From the NCBI GenBank assembly GCA_030650425.1, contig JAUSED010000009.1:32904-96903 (forward strand): a stretch of DNA of 64,000 nucleotides, read 5' to 3'. The position numbers and the translations under genes were made by a program. Source of the stretch: Candidatus Omnitrophota bacterium. Lineage in GTDB: Bacteria; Omnitrophota; Gorgyraeia; Gygaellales; Profunditerraquicolaceae. The notes under the pieces were generated by a model. The model ran no database searches. It was not told where the DNA came from and saw nothing but the letters and a program-made list of their open reading frames with translations. Shown here piece by piece: positions 1 to 10,235 of the stretch; position 1 is the stretch's first letter, and each line of letters opens with the position of its first letter.

Positions 1-1
1 C

Positions 2-247
2 TTAATTTTAAAAGCCGATATAGTCAGGATAAAAACAGATAGCCAATTATTGGCGCGTCAGCTTAATAAAATCTATAAAGTTAAGCACGCGAATATCATC
101 GGGTTGTATAATCAGGCAGTGCAGTTATTGTCAGGATTTAAAGAATCTTCGATAATAAATATTCCGCGGGAAGAAAATTGCGGCGCGGATACATTAGCGA
201 CAATGGCGGTAAAAAAAGAATTAAAGAAAAATGTTCTTTCGAAATAG
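2..247 (+). CDS. rnhA: Ribonuclease HI family protein, 5' end outside window
   Basis: Frame open from base 2: ...IKTDSQLLARQLNKIYKVK...IPREENCGADTLA matches the RNase HI DS(E/Q)L...Y.VK and PRE.N..AD.LA motifs. Confidence 0.8.
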   Translation, partial: LILKADIVRIKTDSQLLARQLNKIYKVKHANIIGLYNQAVQLLSGFKESSIINIPREENCGADTLATMAVKKELKKNVLSK

Positions 248-248
248 G

Positions 249-726
249 GCAGGTGGAATGTGGTCGCCCCGCTTTCGGCGGGGAGGAAAGTCCGGGCTCC
301 GGAGGATAGCGCAGTAGGGTAATGCCTACCCTTTGGTAACTAACCAAAGAGGATTATCCCGCAAGGTTAGCTTTTAAAAGCTAACCTTGCGGGATCATTG
401 CCTGAGATGTAAACGCAGGCAATGAGAGCCACAGAGACGAGTAGCCGTTGAAGATTGTGATGAGTAAGATCCTGAGCCGCCTATGGCGGCTCAGGATCAT
501 CTCGCAGTCTTCGACTGCGAGATGAAACGAGGCAATCTCTGCGTGGAGCAAGGCGAATAGGAGATAATCTACTAGGTATGTTGAGTGGAACGCGCTGGTC
601 CGGCGCGTCATTAATCTCGGGTATTAAGCTGCTTGAGCTTCGATGGTAACATCGGCGTCGAGAGGAATGATCACTAATCGATAGCGAAAAATCGCATCAA
701 GACAGAACCCGGCTTATTTCACCTGC
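249..726 (+). ncRNA. rnpB: RNase P RNA, enlarged (about 478 nt)
   Basis: Conserved GAGGAAAGTCCGGGCTCC near the 5' end, AGCCACAGAGA and GGAGCAAGGC internally, ACAGAACCCGGCTTA near the 3' end; P1 pairs GCAGGTGGAAT with ATTTCACCTGC. Confidence 0.95.
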
Positions 727-765
727 TTTTTTTAATTTGAGCTAAACATAATAAGGAGGAATCAA

Positions 766-1518
766 ATGTCCGGTCATTCTAAATGGAAGACAAATAAGGG
801 AAAGAAAAGTATTGCTGACGCCAAAAAAGGGGCGACTTACACTAAGATAATTAAGGAGCTTACGGTGATTGCCCGCGAAGGCGGCGGTAACCCTGATACA
901 AACCCGCGGCTTAGGGCAGTGATGCAGAAGGCAAAAGAGGCGAATATGCCTTCTGATAACGTCAAGATGGCGATTAAACGCGGCACAGGCGAGTTGCCGG
1001 GCGTGGTTTATGAAACATGCATGTACGAAGCGTACGGCCCGGGAGGAGTAGCGATGATGATCGAGGTGCTTACTGATAATAAGAATCGGACCAGCGCCGA
1101 GATCCGTAATATTATGTCTAAAAAAAGCGGCAGTTTTGCCGGGGCAGGTTCAGTCAGCTGGATGTTTACGATGAAAGGTTATTTTCTGATTGAAAAGTCT
1201 CAGGCCAAAGAAGATGAATTGATGAATATAGTTTTAGATGCCGGCGCCGAAGACATGAAAGCGGATGAAAAGAATTTCGAAGTATTTACTTCGCCTCAGA
1301 ACTTTGAGAAGGTAAAACAGGCTATCGAGGCTAAAGGGATTAAACCTCAGGACGCGGAAATCACCATGGTGCCTTCTTCGACGATAAAATTAACCGGCAA
1401 TGACGCAAAGCAGTTACTTTCTTTGATTGATTCCTTAGAAGAGCATGACGATGTTCAGCATGTCTATGCTAATTTCGATATACCCGATGAGTTAATGGAT
1501 CAGTTGGCGGCAGAGTAA
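766..1518 (+). CDS. yebC: YebC/PmpR family protein
   Basis: MSGHSKW start, YEAYGPGG, TDNKNRT, LEEHDDVQHVYAN; SD AAGGAGG. Confidence 0.95.
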   Translation: MSGHSKWKTNKGKKSIADAKKGATYTKIIKELTVIAREGGGNPDTNPRLRAVMQKAKEANMPSDNVKMAIKRGTGELPGVVYETCMYEAYGPGGVAMMIEVLTDNKNRTSAEIRNIMSKKSGSFAGAGSVSWMFTMKGYFLIEKSQAKEDELMNIVLDAGAEDMKADEKNFEVFTSPQNFEKVKQAIEAKGIKPQDAEITMVPSSTIKLTGNDAKQLLSLIDSLEEHDDVQHVYANFDIPDELMDQLAAE

Positions 1519-1521
1519 TCA

Positions 1522-2004
1522 ATGAGGATATTGGGGATTGATCCGGCATTAACCATCACTGGTTACGGTTTGATCGAAACTAGGAATAACAAGCTGGTGT
1601 TGGTCGAGGCAGGGATTATCTCAACATCCGCGAAAGAATTAGTAACCAGGCGCCTTGAGAAGATACATCGTGGAATAATCAAATTAATATCCGATACTGC
1701 CCCGGATGTTCTAGTTTTGGAAAAGATTTATGCGCATTACCGGCATCCCACAACTTCATATATTTTGGGACAGGCGCGAGGAGTAATTTGTTTAGCAGCA
1801 GCTACAAAAAATATTCCTTTAGCGGAATATGCGGCTACGCGGGTTAAGAAAGCAGTGGTAGGGAAAGGTTTAGCTTCTAAATTACAGGTGCAGAGAATGG
1901 TGGTAAGTTTGTTAGGCCTAACCAGCCTCCCTAAATATATTGATGTTACGGATGCCTTAGCCTTAGCCATCGCGCATAGTTATATTGTACGGACAAAGCT
2001 ATGA
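1522..2004 (+). CDS. ruvC: Holliday junction resolvase RuvC
   Basis: ILGIDP...GYG, GQARGV, VKKAVVGKG.A.K.QV, DALALAIAH. Confidence 0.95.
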   Translation: MRILGIDPALTITGYGLIETRNNKLVLVEAGIISTSAKELVTRRLEKIHRGIIKLISDTAPDVLVLEKIYAHYRHPTTSYILGQARGVICLAAATKNIPLAEYAATRVKKAVVGKGLASKLQVQRMVVSLLGLTSLPKYIDVTDALALAIAHSYIVRTKL

Positions 2005-2627
2005 TTTCGAAGATTACCGGTAAAGTAGTCGAGAGAGGGAATAATTATTTAGTTTTGGATCTAAGCGGCTTGAGCTATCAGGTTTATGTGCCGGCTACGG
2101 TGATGCAGAGGATTGATGATTGTTTAGGCGCCGATAATAAGATTTGCCTGCGGACCTTTCATTATCTGCAGTCTGATCAGGCCAAAAGCATCCCGGTTTT
2201 AATCGGTTTCTTAAACGATATAGAAAAAGATTTTTTTGAGATTTTTATAACTGTTTCGGGAATCGGGCCACGCGCCGCTTTAAAGGCTTTAAATAAACCG
2301 ATCTCCGAGATTGCCCGAGCCATCGACGAAGGAGATCTGGTTTTTCTAAAATCTCTTCCCGGCATAGGCGAGCAAAGAGCGAAAGAGATTATTGCCAAGC
2401 TGCAAAACAAAGTCGGTAGATTCGGGCTTATTCAGGATGGCCAGGTCAAAGAAACTTTAATTAAGGCCAAAGATATCGCGGAAGAGGCCTTGGCAGTGTT
2501 GATGCAGTTGGAATATAAAAGGACTGAAGCCCTGAGTATGATTAAAAAGTCACTGGAGCTAGCTCCGAGTACCGGGACTACGGAAGAATTATTAAATTTG
2601 GTTTATAAACAGAGGAAAGTAAGATAA
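2001..2627 (+). CDS. ruvA: Holliday junction branch migration protein RuvA
   Basis: MISKITG, VSGIGPRAA and PGIGEQRA HhH motifs; follows ruvC. Confidence 0.93.
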   Translation: MISKITGKVVERGNNYLVLDLSGLSYQVYVPATVMQRIDDCLGADNKICLRTFHYLQSDQAKSIPVLIGFLNDIEKDFFEIFITVSGIGPRAALKALNKPISEIARAIDEGDLVFLKSLPGIGEQRAKEIIAKLQNKVGRFGLIQDGQVKETLIKAKDIAEEALAVLMQLEYKRTEALSMIKKSLELAPSTGTTEELLNLVYKQRKVR

Positions 2628-2629
2628 CT

Positions 2630-3235
2630 ATGCAGGATAACCGGAAATCAGTGATAGAAGCATTATTGCTAGCTAGCGAAAAACCCTTGCCTTTAGAGCA
2701 AATAAGATTAGCCTTGGATGATCTCGATGCTAATGAAACACGCAAATTAATCGAGGAACTAAAATCTGAGTTTGAGCAGGCTGGCAGGGGTATTCGGATT
2801 GCCGAGATAGCCGGCGGTTTTCAGATGTCCACTGCCGCGGAATTCGCGCCTTTTTTAAAAAAACTCTTTAAGGGCCGGCATATTGAAAGATTATCCAAGC
2901 CCGCTTTAGAGACCTTGGCGATCATTGCTTACAAGCAGCCTTTGACTAGAAACGAAATCGAGCTATTGAGGAATGTTAATGTTGACGGAGTAATGAAGAG
3001 TCTGTTGGATAAAAACTTGATTAGGATCGCCGGAAGAAAGAAAGCTCCCGGAAGGCCCTGTGTCTATGGCACAACCCGGCAATTCCTGGAACACTTTGGG
3101 TTAAAGTCGTTGGAGGATCTTCCTAAGATAGAAGAATTTGCGGCGATGGCCCAGAAAAATGATCTTGTGGATATAGAACTGGAAGAAGAAAAGATAGCGG
3201 AGGGATCAAATGAGCTTGAAAAAACTGCGCAGTAA
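2630..3235 (+). CDS. scpB: SMC-Scp complex subunit ScpB
   Basis: IEALL, LSKPALETLAIIAYKQP, PGRP..YGTT..FL.HFGL..L.DLP. Confidence 0.95.
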   Translation: MQDNRKSVIEALLLASEKPLPLEQIRLALDDLDANETRKLIEELKSEFEQAGRGIRIAEIAGGFQMSTAAEFAPFLKKLFKGRHIERLSKPALETLAIIAYKQPLTRNEIELLRNVNVDGVMKSLLDKNLIRIAGRKKAPGRPCVYGTTRQFLEHFGLKSLEDLPKIEEFAAMAQKNDLVDIELEEEKIAEGSNELEKTAQ

Positions 3236-4271
3236 AATAGACAGTTTAGACAAACAAATAATCCAGCTGTTGAATATGCGCGCCAAGGTTACTTTGGATG
3301 TGGCTAAGGTTAAATATAAAAGCGGAAAGAGTATTTACGCTCCGGAGCGCGAAAGAGAGGTCTTAAGGAAAATATCTACTCTCAGCAAAGGCCCTTTAGG
3401 TTCAAAAGCCCTCGAGGCGGTCTATCGTGAGATTATGTCTTCTTCGTTGGCTTTGGAAAAGCCGTTAAAGATAGCCTATATGGGCCCGGAGGCGTCTTTT
3501 AGTAACTTAGCTGCCTTAAAAAGATTCGGTTCGCAAGTAGATTACCTTGCCTGCGGCAGTATTCCCGATGTTTTCTTGGAAGTGGAAAGAGATACCGCTG
3601 ATTATGGAGTTGTCCCGGTAGAGAATTCTATCGAGGGCGCGGTTACGCACACCCTTGATATGTTGGTTGACGCGGATTTAAAGATTTGCTCGCAGATAAT
3701 TTTGGATGTAGCGCATAATCTTCTGAGCAATTGCCCAAAGAATAAGATTAAGCGTGTATATTCCAACCCGCAGGTGCTTGGGCAATGCCGTATCTGGCTT
3801 CAGGAGAACTTGCCGCACGCAGAGCAGATTGAAGTTTCGAGTACGACGCGCGCGGCCCAGATTGCCGCCAAAGAGAAGAATAGCGCGGCCATCGCTTCAT
3901 TATTGGCAGGCGAAGTTTACAAACTAAATGCCCTCGCTCGTGACATCGAAGATTCACCGCACAATATTACCCGTTTTTTTGTGGTGGGGAAAACCGATGC
4001 TGGAAAGACCGGACATGATAAGACCTCCATTCTTTTTTCGATTAAAGATAAAGTTGGGGCTTTGCACGGCATGCTTTTACCGTTCAAAAAATACAAAATC
4101 AACCTGACTAAAATTGAATCCCGGCCATCCAAGAAAAAGGCCTGGGATTATTATTTCTTTGTGGATATAGAAGGGCATAAGCAAGAGCCCAGAGTCCAGA
4201 AAGCGCTGCAGGAATTAGAAAGTAAATGTAAATTCTTAAAAATTCTGGGTTCATATCCTGTCGGAGAATAA
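3210..4271 (+). CDS. pheA: Chorismate mutase / prephenate dehydratase
   Basis: N-terminal AroQ (LR.KID..D...LL..RA), VVPVENSIEG, NITRF, ACT domain NLTKIESRPS. Confidence 0.95.
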   Translation: MSLKKLRSKIDSLDKQIIQLLNMRAKVTLDVAKVKYKSGKSIYAPEREREVLRKISTLSKGPLGSKALEAVYREIMSSSLALEKPLKIAYMGPEASFSNLAALKRFGSQVDYLACGSIPDVFLEVERDTADYGVVPVENSIEGAVTHTLDMLVDADLKICSQIILDVAHNLLSNCPKNKIKRVYSNPQVLGQCRIWLQENLPHAEQIEVSSTTRAAQIAAKEKNSAAIASLLAGEVYKLNALARDIEDSPHNITRFFVVGKTDAGKTGHDKTSILFSIKDKVGALHGMLLPFKKYKINLTKIESRPSKKKAWDYYFFVDIEGHKQEPRVQKALQELESKCKFLKILGSYPVGE

Positions 4272-5372
4272 ATGAAAGAGTTGGTGCGAAAAAATATCCT
4301 TAAGGTTAACGCCTATATCGCGGGTAAGCCGATTGAAGAGACCAAACGCCAATTGGGGCTAAAGGATGTGATCAAGTTGGCTTCCAATGAGAATCCTCTT
4401 GGGCCTTCTCCTAAGGCAGTGGCAGCCATCCGCAAAACTGCTTCCGGGGTAAACCGCTATCCGGATTCCCAGGGATTCTATTTAAAGAAGAAGCTGGCTA
4501 AAGCTTTGGAGATTAAGCCTGAAAATATCGTCTTAGGTAATGGCTCTGACGAGCTGATCGATATAATTATTAAAACCTTTGTGGAAGATGATGAAAATAT
4601 CGTTACCGCGGATACGACCTTTTTAGAGTATGAAATAATCGCCGGCGTAAATAACCGCAAAGTAACTAAAGTGCCTCTAAGATATTTTAAATATGACCTC
4701 GAATCAATTAAGAAAAATATCGATAAGCAGACCAAGCTGATTTTTATCGCTAATCCCAATAACCCTACGGGAACATATGTTACCAAATTTGAGCTGGATG
4801 ATTTCTTACGGGGTTTACCGGATCATTGCCTTGTGGTCTTAGACGAGGCGTATGATGCCTTTATTGACGTTAATGATTTTCCGAATATGTTTAATGGTTT
4901 TAAGAATAAAAAAATTATTCTCCTGAAGACCTTCTCTAAGTCGTATGGCTTGGCAGGATTACGTATTGGTTATGCCGTGTTGAATGAAGAATTAGCCGGC
5001 TATATGGAGAGAGTGAGGCAGCCTTTTAATACCAATCTTTTGGCACAGGCAGGCGCAATGGCTGCCATTGAAGATAGGGAATTTTTACGTAAGACCAGGA
5101 GAATAGTCTTGGAAGGTAAGGATTACCTTTATGGTAATTTGAAAAAGCTTGGCTTGGCCTATGTCCCAAGCGTAGCAAATTTTATCCTTATCGATGTTGG
5201 GCAAGACGGAGTAGAACTGTTTAACAAGATGTTAAGGTTCGGGGTGATTGTGCGCGAGATGAAACAGTATGGACTAAAGAATTTTATCCGGGTAACCATT
5301 GGAACAAAAAAAGAAAACGAAAGATTTGTCAAAGTGCTCAAAAAAATCCTTAGGGGGAAGGAGAGACCATGA
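4272..5372 (+). CDS. hisC: Histidinol-phosphate / aromatic aminotransferase
   Basis: KLASNENPLG, GNGSDELI, NPNNPTG, DEAY, TFSKSYGLAGLRIGY. Confidence 0.95.
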   Translation: MKELVRKNILKVNAYIAGKPIEETKRQLGLKDVIKLASNENPLGPSPKAVAAIRKTASGVNRYPDSQGFYLKKKLAKALEIKPENIVLGNGSDELIDIIIKTFVEDDENIVTADTTFLEYEIIAGVNNRKVTKVPLRYFKYDLESIKKNIDKQTKLIFIANPNNPTGTYVTKFELDDFLRGLPDHCLVVLDEAYDAFIDVNDFPNMFNGFKNKKIILLKTFSKSYGLAGLRIGYAVLNEELAGYMERVRQPFNTNLLAQAGAMAAIEDREFLRKTRRIVLEGKDYLYGNLKKLGLAYVPSVANFILIDVGQDGVELFNKMLRFGVIVREMKQYGLKNFIRVTIGTKKENERFVKVLKKILRGKERP

Positions 5373-6385
5373 TTATTGTCTTAAGGCCGGAGGCCACCGA
5401 GGCTCAAGTCAACCACATCATTGAAAAGGTAAAGAAACTGGGATTAACTCCGCATGTCTCTAAAGGGACTGAGCGCACGATTATCGGAGTGATCGGCCCG
5501 GAGGATATTCTGCGCGTTACTCCTTTGGAGGTTTTCCCCGGCGTAGAAAGGGTTATGCCGGTTTTGGCTCCTTATAAGCTTGTTTCGCGGGAGTTTAAAG
5601 CCGAAGATTCGATTATTGAATTGGGAAAAGGGGTTAATGTCGGAGGCAAGAAAATTACGGTGATGGCCGGACCATGCGCGATTGAAAATATAAATATGCT
5701 GCGCGCGATTGCCAGTGAAGTTAAAAAAGCAGGAGCGAGTGTCTTGCGCGGCGGAGCATTCAAACCGCGTACTTCTCCTTACAGTTTTCAAGGGTTGGGA
5801 GAGGAAGGCCTTAAAATACTCAAAGCAGTCGGGGATGAATTTAATCTGGTTACCGTAAGCGAAATAATGGATACCCGCGATGTAGAACTGATCAGCCGTT
5901 ATGTTGATGTGCTGCAGATCGGCGCCCGGAATATGCAGAATTTCAACCTCTTAAAAGAAGTGGGGATGACTAAAAAGCCCGTCTTGTTGAAGAGAGGTTT
6001 GGCCTCGACCGTAAAAGAAATGCTCATGTCCGCGGAATACATCTTAGCCGGAGGAAATTTTAATTTAATGCTTTGTGAGCGCGGCATCAGGACTTTCGAA
6101 GATTCCACGCGTAACACTTTGGATATCAGCGCGGTTCCGGTGATTAAGCAGTTATCGCATCTGCCTATCATCGTTGATCCTTCGCATGCAGCCGGAAAAT
6201 GGGGGCTGGTCGGACCCCTTTCTAAGGCCGCGGTTGCGGTGGGCTCTGACGGTTTGATTATCGAGGTGCACACCTCTCCGGAAGACGCGATGTCTGACGG
6301 CGCACAGTCATTAATACCTTCAAATTTCACCAGTTTGATGTGCGAGTTGAAGAATCTAGCCAAAGCCACAGGAAGAGAGATATAA
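5369..6385 (+). CDS. aroF: DAHP synthase (type I-beta, N-terminal regulatory domain)
   Basis: AGPCAIE, RGGAFKPRTSPYSFQGLG, QIGARNMQN, CERGIRTF, DPSH. Confidence 0.95.
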   Translation: MIIVLRPEATEAQVNHIIEKVKKLGLTPHVSKGTERTIIGVIGPEDILRVTPLEVFPGVERVMPVLAPYKLVSREFKAEDSIIELGKGVNVGGKKITVMAGPCAIENINMLRAIASEVKKAGASVLRGGAFKPRTSPYSFQGLGEEGLKILKAVGDEFNLVTVSEIMDTRDVELISRYVDVLQIGARNMQNFNLLKEVGMTKKPVLLKRGLASTVKEMLMSAEYILAGGNFNLMLCERGIRTFEDSTRNTLDISAVPVIKQLSHLPIIVDPSHAAGKWGLVGPLSKAAVAVGSDGLIIEVHTSPEDAMSDGAQSLIPSNFTSLMCELKNLAKATGREI

Positions 6386-7215
6386 TGCGCCTGTTCAATA
6401 AAGTAGCGATTATCGGAACAGGTTTAATTGGAGGCTCCCTTGGCCTGTTCATAAAAAAGCATAGGCTGGCCCAAGAAGTAGTGGGAGTGAGCCGGCATAA
6501 GAAGAGTTTAGGGTTAGCTTTAAAAATGAAGGCTATAGACCGCGGCTCGCTTTCGCTGGATATTATCAGAGGAGCGGATCTTTTGATTCTAGCTACACCA
6601 GTAGAGACGATCGTTAATTTAAGGAAACAAATTCTTAAGATCGCGGGTAAAGGTTGTTTAGTTACAGATACCGGAAGCACTAAGGTAAATATAGTTTCTT
6701 TTTTAGAAAAAACTTTTCCTAACTACATTGGCGCTCATCCTTTGGCAGGCTCGGAAAAATGTGGAATCGCCAATGCCTCTATAGGCCTATTTAAAAATTC
6801 TCTCTGTATATTGACTCCGACTAAAAAAACGCAAAAGAAAGCCTTGGATAAAATAAAAGCGCTTTGGGTTAAAGCCGGGGCCAGGGTTGTTTTACTTTCG
6901 CCTAAAGAACACGACAGGATCCTTTCTTTTACCAGTCATCTTCCGCATAGCGTTGCCTTTTCGCTTATTGACTCTATTCCGGATAAATTTTTAAAATTCG
7001 CTAGCGGCGGGCTTAAGGATACGACGCGCATTGCCGCATCCAGCCCGGAGCTTTGGCAAGGGATATTCTTAACGAACAAAATCAATCTGCTTGAGTCAAT
7101 AAGCTTATTCGAGGAGGGCTTAAATAAACTGAAATTCGCCATAAAAAATAACGATAAAAAATTACTTACGCATATTTTAACTCGGGCGCAGAAAAAAAGA
7201 ATTATCCTCGCATGA
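6385..7215 (+). CDS. tyrA: Prephenate/arogenate dehydrogenase
   Basis: IIGTGLIGGS, TDTGSTK, HPLAGSE, HDR...SHLPH, GGLKDTTRIA; start moved to the ATG at 6385 overlapping the aroF stop. Confidence 0.92.
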   Translation: MRLFNKVAIIGTGLIGGSLGLFIKKHRLAQEVVGVSRHKKSLGLALKMKAIDRGSLSLDIIRGADLLILATPVETIVNLRKQILKIAGKGCLVTDTGSTKVNIVSFLEKTFPNYIGAHPLAGSEKCGIANASIGLFKNSLCILTPTKKTQKKALDKIKALWVKAGARVVLLSPKEHDRILSFTSHLPHSVAFSLIDSIPDKFLKFASGGLKDTTRIAASSPELWQGIFLTNKINLLESISLFEEGLNKLKFAIKNNDKKLLTHILTRAQKKRIILA

Positions 7216-7862
7216 TTATCGCTATCGATGGCCCCGCAGGCGCAGGTAAAAGTACGGTCGCTAAACTACTCGCCAAAAAACTTAAATTTCTTTATATCGA
7301 TACCGGCGCGATGTATCGGGCGCTTACCTTAAAAGTGTTAGCCGAAAAAATTAATATAAAAGAGACTGATAAAATAATCAAGCTCGCTTCCCAGAGCAAT
7401 ATTAATCTGATCAATGATCCTGATGGTACGCTAAGGGTATTGTTGGATGGTCGTGATGTATCGAGCGCTATCCGCCAGCCAGTGATCACTCAGTTTGTTT
7501 CCGATATTGCCAAAATAGGGGATGTGCGTAAGGTTATGGTCGGGCTGCAAAGGAAACTCGGGGGCCAGGGAGATGCCGTGCTTGACGGCCGCGACATCGG
7601 CACAGTGGTTTTTCCGGATGCCCACAAAAAGTTTTACGTGGACGCGGATTTTAAAGAGAGAGTAAATCGAAGATACAAAGAAGCGCTGGGCTTGGGTCAA
7701 AACCTGACTTTTGAGGAAGTAGCCGAGGATCTTTCTAACCGCGATAATATAGATTCTAATCGTAAAGTCGCGCCGCTTAAACAAGCCGACGACGCAATCT
7801 ACGTGGATACGACGAATTTGAGCATAGAAGAAGTGGTTGATAAATTATTAAAAGAAATTTAA
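7212..7862 (+). CDS. cmk: Cytidylate kinase
   Basis: IAIDGPAGAGKST, DTGAMYRA, DGRDIGTVVFPDA. Confidence 0.96.
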   Translation: MIIAIDGPAGAGKSTVAKLLAKKLKFLYIDTGAMYRALTLKVLAEKINIKETDKIIKLASQSNINLINDPDGTLRVLLDGRDVSSAIRQPVITQFVSDIAKIGDVRKVMVGLQRKLGGQGDAVLDGRDIGTVVFPDAHKKFYVDADFKERVNRRYKEALGLGQNLTFEEVAEDLSNRDNIDSNRKVAPLKQADDAIYVDTTNLSIEEVVDKLLKEI

Positions 7863-9658
7863 TGGATAAATCCCTTATTCGCAACTTTTCAATCATTGCC
7901 CATATTGACCATGGTAAATCCACCCTCGCCGACCGGATTTTGGAGATCACCGGCGCAGTGGATAAAAGGCATAAAGGCGCGCAGCTGCTGGATGATATGG
8001 ATTTAGAGCGTGAGCGCGGGATTACGATTAAAGCATCTATGGTCAGGTTGTCTTACACTGCCCGCGATGGAAAAGAGTATGTGCTGAATTTGATCGATAC
8101 TCCCGGCCACGTGGATTTTACTTATGAGGTCTCTAAATCTTTAGCTGCCTGTGAAGGGGCTGTTTTAGTGGTGGATGCGGGACAAGGTATCGAGGCGCAG
8201 ACAGTAGCCAATTACTATCTGGCTATGGAGAACAACCTTGAGATCGTGCCGGTGCTTAATAAGATAGATCTTGTTTCCATCGATATTCCGAAAGTGAAGA
8301 AACAGATTGTTAACGTGTTGGGCTTTAAGGAAGAGGATATTATCCCGGCTTCGGCAAAAGACGGTACCGGGGTTAGGGATATTTTAGAAAGGATAATTCA
8401 GGTTATCCCCAGCCCGAGTGGAGAAGATAGCCATCCTTTAAAAGCCCTGGTTTTTGACTGCCGTTTCGATGCTTATAAAGGAGTGGTAGTTTTCGTCAGG
8501 ATTGTGGATGGAAATATTACTCCGGCTACTCAGCTTAAAATGTTGCATTCTGGTACAGTTTATAAGATTGAAGAGCTGGGAGTATTTAAAAACTTAAAAT
8601 ATTCCGCGGTTACTTCTTTAACCTGTGGAGAAGTGGGGTATTTTACGGCAAACATCCGCCAGGCGCGAGAAATTATTATCGGCGATACGATCACTGATCC
8701 CAAGAATCCTTGCGCTTGCGCCTTACCCGGATACCGTACTCCCAAACCTTTGGTTTTTTGCGGGATATACACGGTGAATCCGGGAGATTTTCCGGAGTTA
8801 CGCGACGCTATGGATAAGTTAAAGCTATCCGATGCCTCATTTGTTTTTGAACCGGAGAATTCACAGTCTTTTGGTTCAGGATTCCGCTGCGGGTTTTTAG
8901 GGCTTTTGCATATGGAGATTGTTCAGGAGCGCCTGGAAAGAGAATATAATTTAAATTTAATCCTGACTGTCCCCAATGTAGTTTATCGGGTTATTCAAAC
9001 CAATGGAGAGATGCTCGAGGTAGATACGCCGGCAAAGTTGCCGGCTCAATCGGATATTCGTGAAGCGCAAGAGCCGTATGTGAGCCTGCTGATGATCATT
9101 CCGGTGGATTCCATTGAAGCGGTCTGTGATTTTACTAAATCCAGGAGAGGAATTTTTCAATCCAACGAGTATTTAAGCGAGGATAGGGTTAAATTGACTT
9201 TTAATATTCCGCTTTCGGAAATTATCGTGGATTTTTATGATCGCATAAAATCGTTAACCCGGGGTTATGGTTCTTTGGACTACGAGTTTAAGGATTATTT
9301 ACCGACGAAACTGGTAAAATTAGATATAATCTTAAACGGCCAGATTTGCGACGCCTTTTCTTCTTTAATGTGCAAAGATAAGGCGTATTCACGCGCGCAC
9401 GCCTTAGTCACTAAGCTTAAAGAACTGATTCCGCGTCAATTATTCGAGGTTGCTATACAAGCTTCCGTGGGTAATCAGATCCTTGCCTCTGAGAAGGTGC
9501 GTTCGGTCGGTAAGCATGTCACGGCTAAGTGTTATGGCGGTGATATTACCCGGAAGCGTAAACTTTGGGAGGAGCAGAAGAAAGGTAAAAAGCGGCTGAA
9601 ACAGTTCGGGAAAGTCGAGATCCCGCAGGAGGCTTTTTTGGAGGTATTAAAAATATGA
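7862..9658 (+). CDS. lepA: Elongation factor 4
   Basis: IRNFSIIAHIDHGKSTLADR, IDTPGHVDF, KCYGGDITRKRKL. Confidence 0.98.
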   Translation: MDKSLIRNFSIIAHIDHGKSTLADRILEITGAVDKRHKGAQLLDDMDLERERGITIKASMVRLSYTARDGKEYVLNLIDTPGHVDFTYEVSKSLAACEGAVLVVDAGQGIEAQTVANYYLAMENNLEIVPVLNKIDLVSIDIPKVKKQIVNVLGFKEEDIIPASAKDGTGVRDILERIIQVIPSPSGEDSHPLKALVFDCRFDAYKGVVVFVRIVDGNITPATQLKMLHSGTVYKIEELGVFKNLKYSAVTSLTCGEVGYFTANIRQAREIIIGDTITDPKNPCACALPGYRTPKPLVFCGIYTVNPGDFPELRDAMDKLKLSDASFVFEPENSQSFGSGFRCGFLGLLHMEIVQERLEREYNLNLILTVPNVVYRVIQTNGEMLEVDTPAKLPAQSDIREAQEPYVSLLMIIPVDSIEAVCDFTKSRRGIFQSNEYLSEDRVKLTFNIPLSEIIVDFYDRIKSLTRGYGSLDYEFKDYLPTKLVKLDIILNGQICDAFSSLMCKDKAYSRAHALVTKLKELIPRQLFEVAIQASVGNQILASEKVRSVGKHVTAKCYGGDITRKRKLWEEQKKGKKRLKQFGKVEIPQEAFLEVLKI

Positions 9659-10233
9659 CGATAAAAAAGAAATCAGCTTTACGGGAATGGATAGAAGCAG
9701 CTCTTTTTGCGGCATTCCTCGCGTTTTGCGTTATCCGGCCATTTATTGTTCAGGCATTCAAAATTCCTACCGGCTCAATGCGTCCTACTCTCATTGAAGG
9801 TGATTTGATCTTGGTGAATAAATTTATTTACGGGGCAAAAGTTCCTTTTACGCATTTGCGCTTACCAGCGCTAAAAGAAATAAAAAGAGGGGATGTAGTT
9901 GTTTTTATCTATCCGGAAGACACCAAGAAGGATTTTATCAAACGCATGGTGGGTTTACCGGGAGATACGATTGAAATTAGGAGCGGGACGATTTATGTTA
10001 ATGGTAAAGCTTTATTGGAACCTGTTTTTAATCAGCGTTATTATTATAACCGGGGGGATTTTGCCAAGGAAGACGAGAAGTTGGTGGTTCCCGCGGATAG
10101 CTATTTTGTCTTAGGGGATAATTCAGGTTCTTCTAAGGATAGCCGTTATTGGGGTTTTGTTCCTAAAGATAATGTTCTTGGCCAAGCCATGGTTATTTAT
10201 TGGCCGCCGCAACGGATTAGAATAATTAAATAA
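9655..10233 (+). CDS. lepB: Signal peptidase I
   Basis: IPTGSMRPTL, FIKRMVGLPGD, YFVLGDN...SKDSRYWG. Confidence 0.96.
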   Translation: MTIKKKSALREWIEAALFAAFLAFCVIRPFIVQAFKIPTGSMRPTLIEGDLILVNKFIYGAKVPFTHLRLPALKEIKRGDVVVFIYPEDTKKDFIKRMVGLPGDTIEIRSGTIYVNGKALLEPVFNQRYYYNRGDFAKEDEKLVVPADSYFVLGDNSGSSKDSRYWGFVPKDNVLGQAMVIYWPPQRIRIIK

Positions 10234-10235
10234 AT

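Noticed and set aside
138-611. Minus-strand ORFs 138-347 and 381-611
   Set aside because: Antisense to the RNase P RNA; no protein features.
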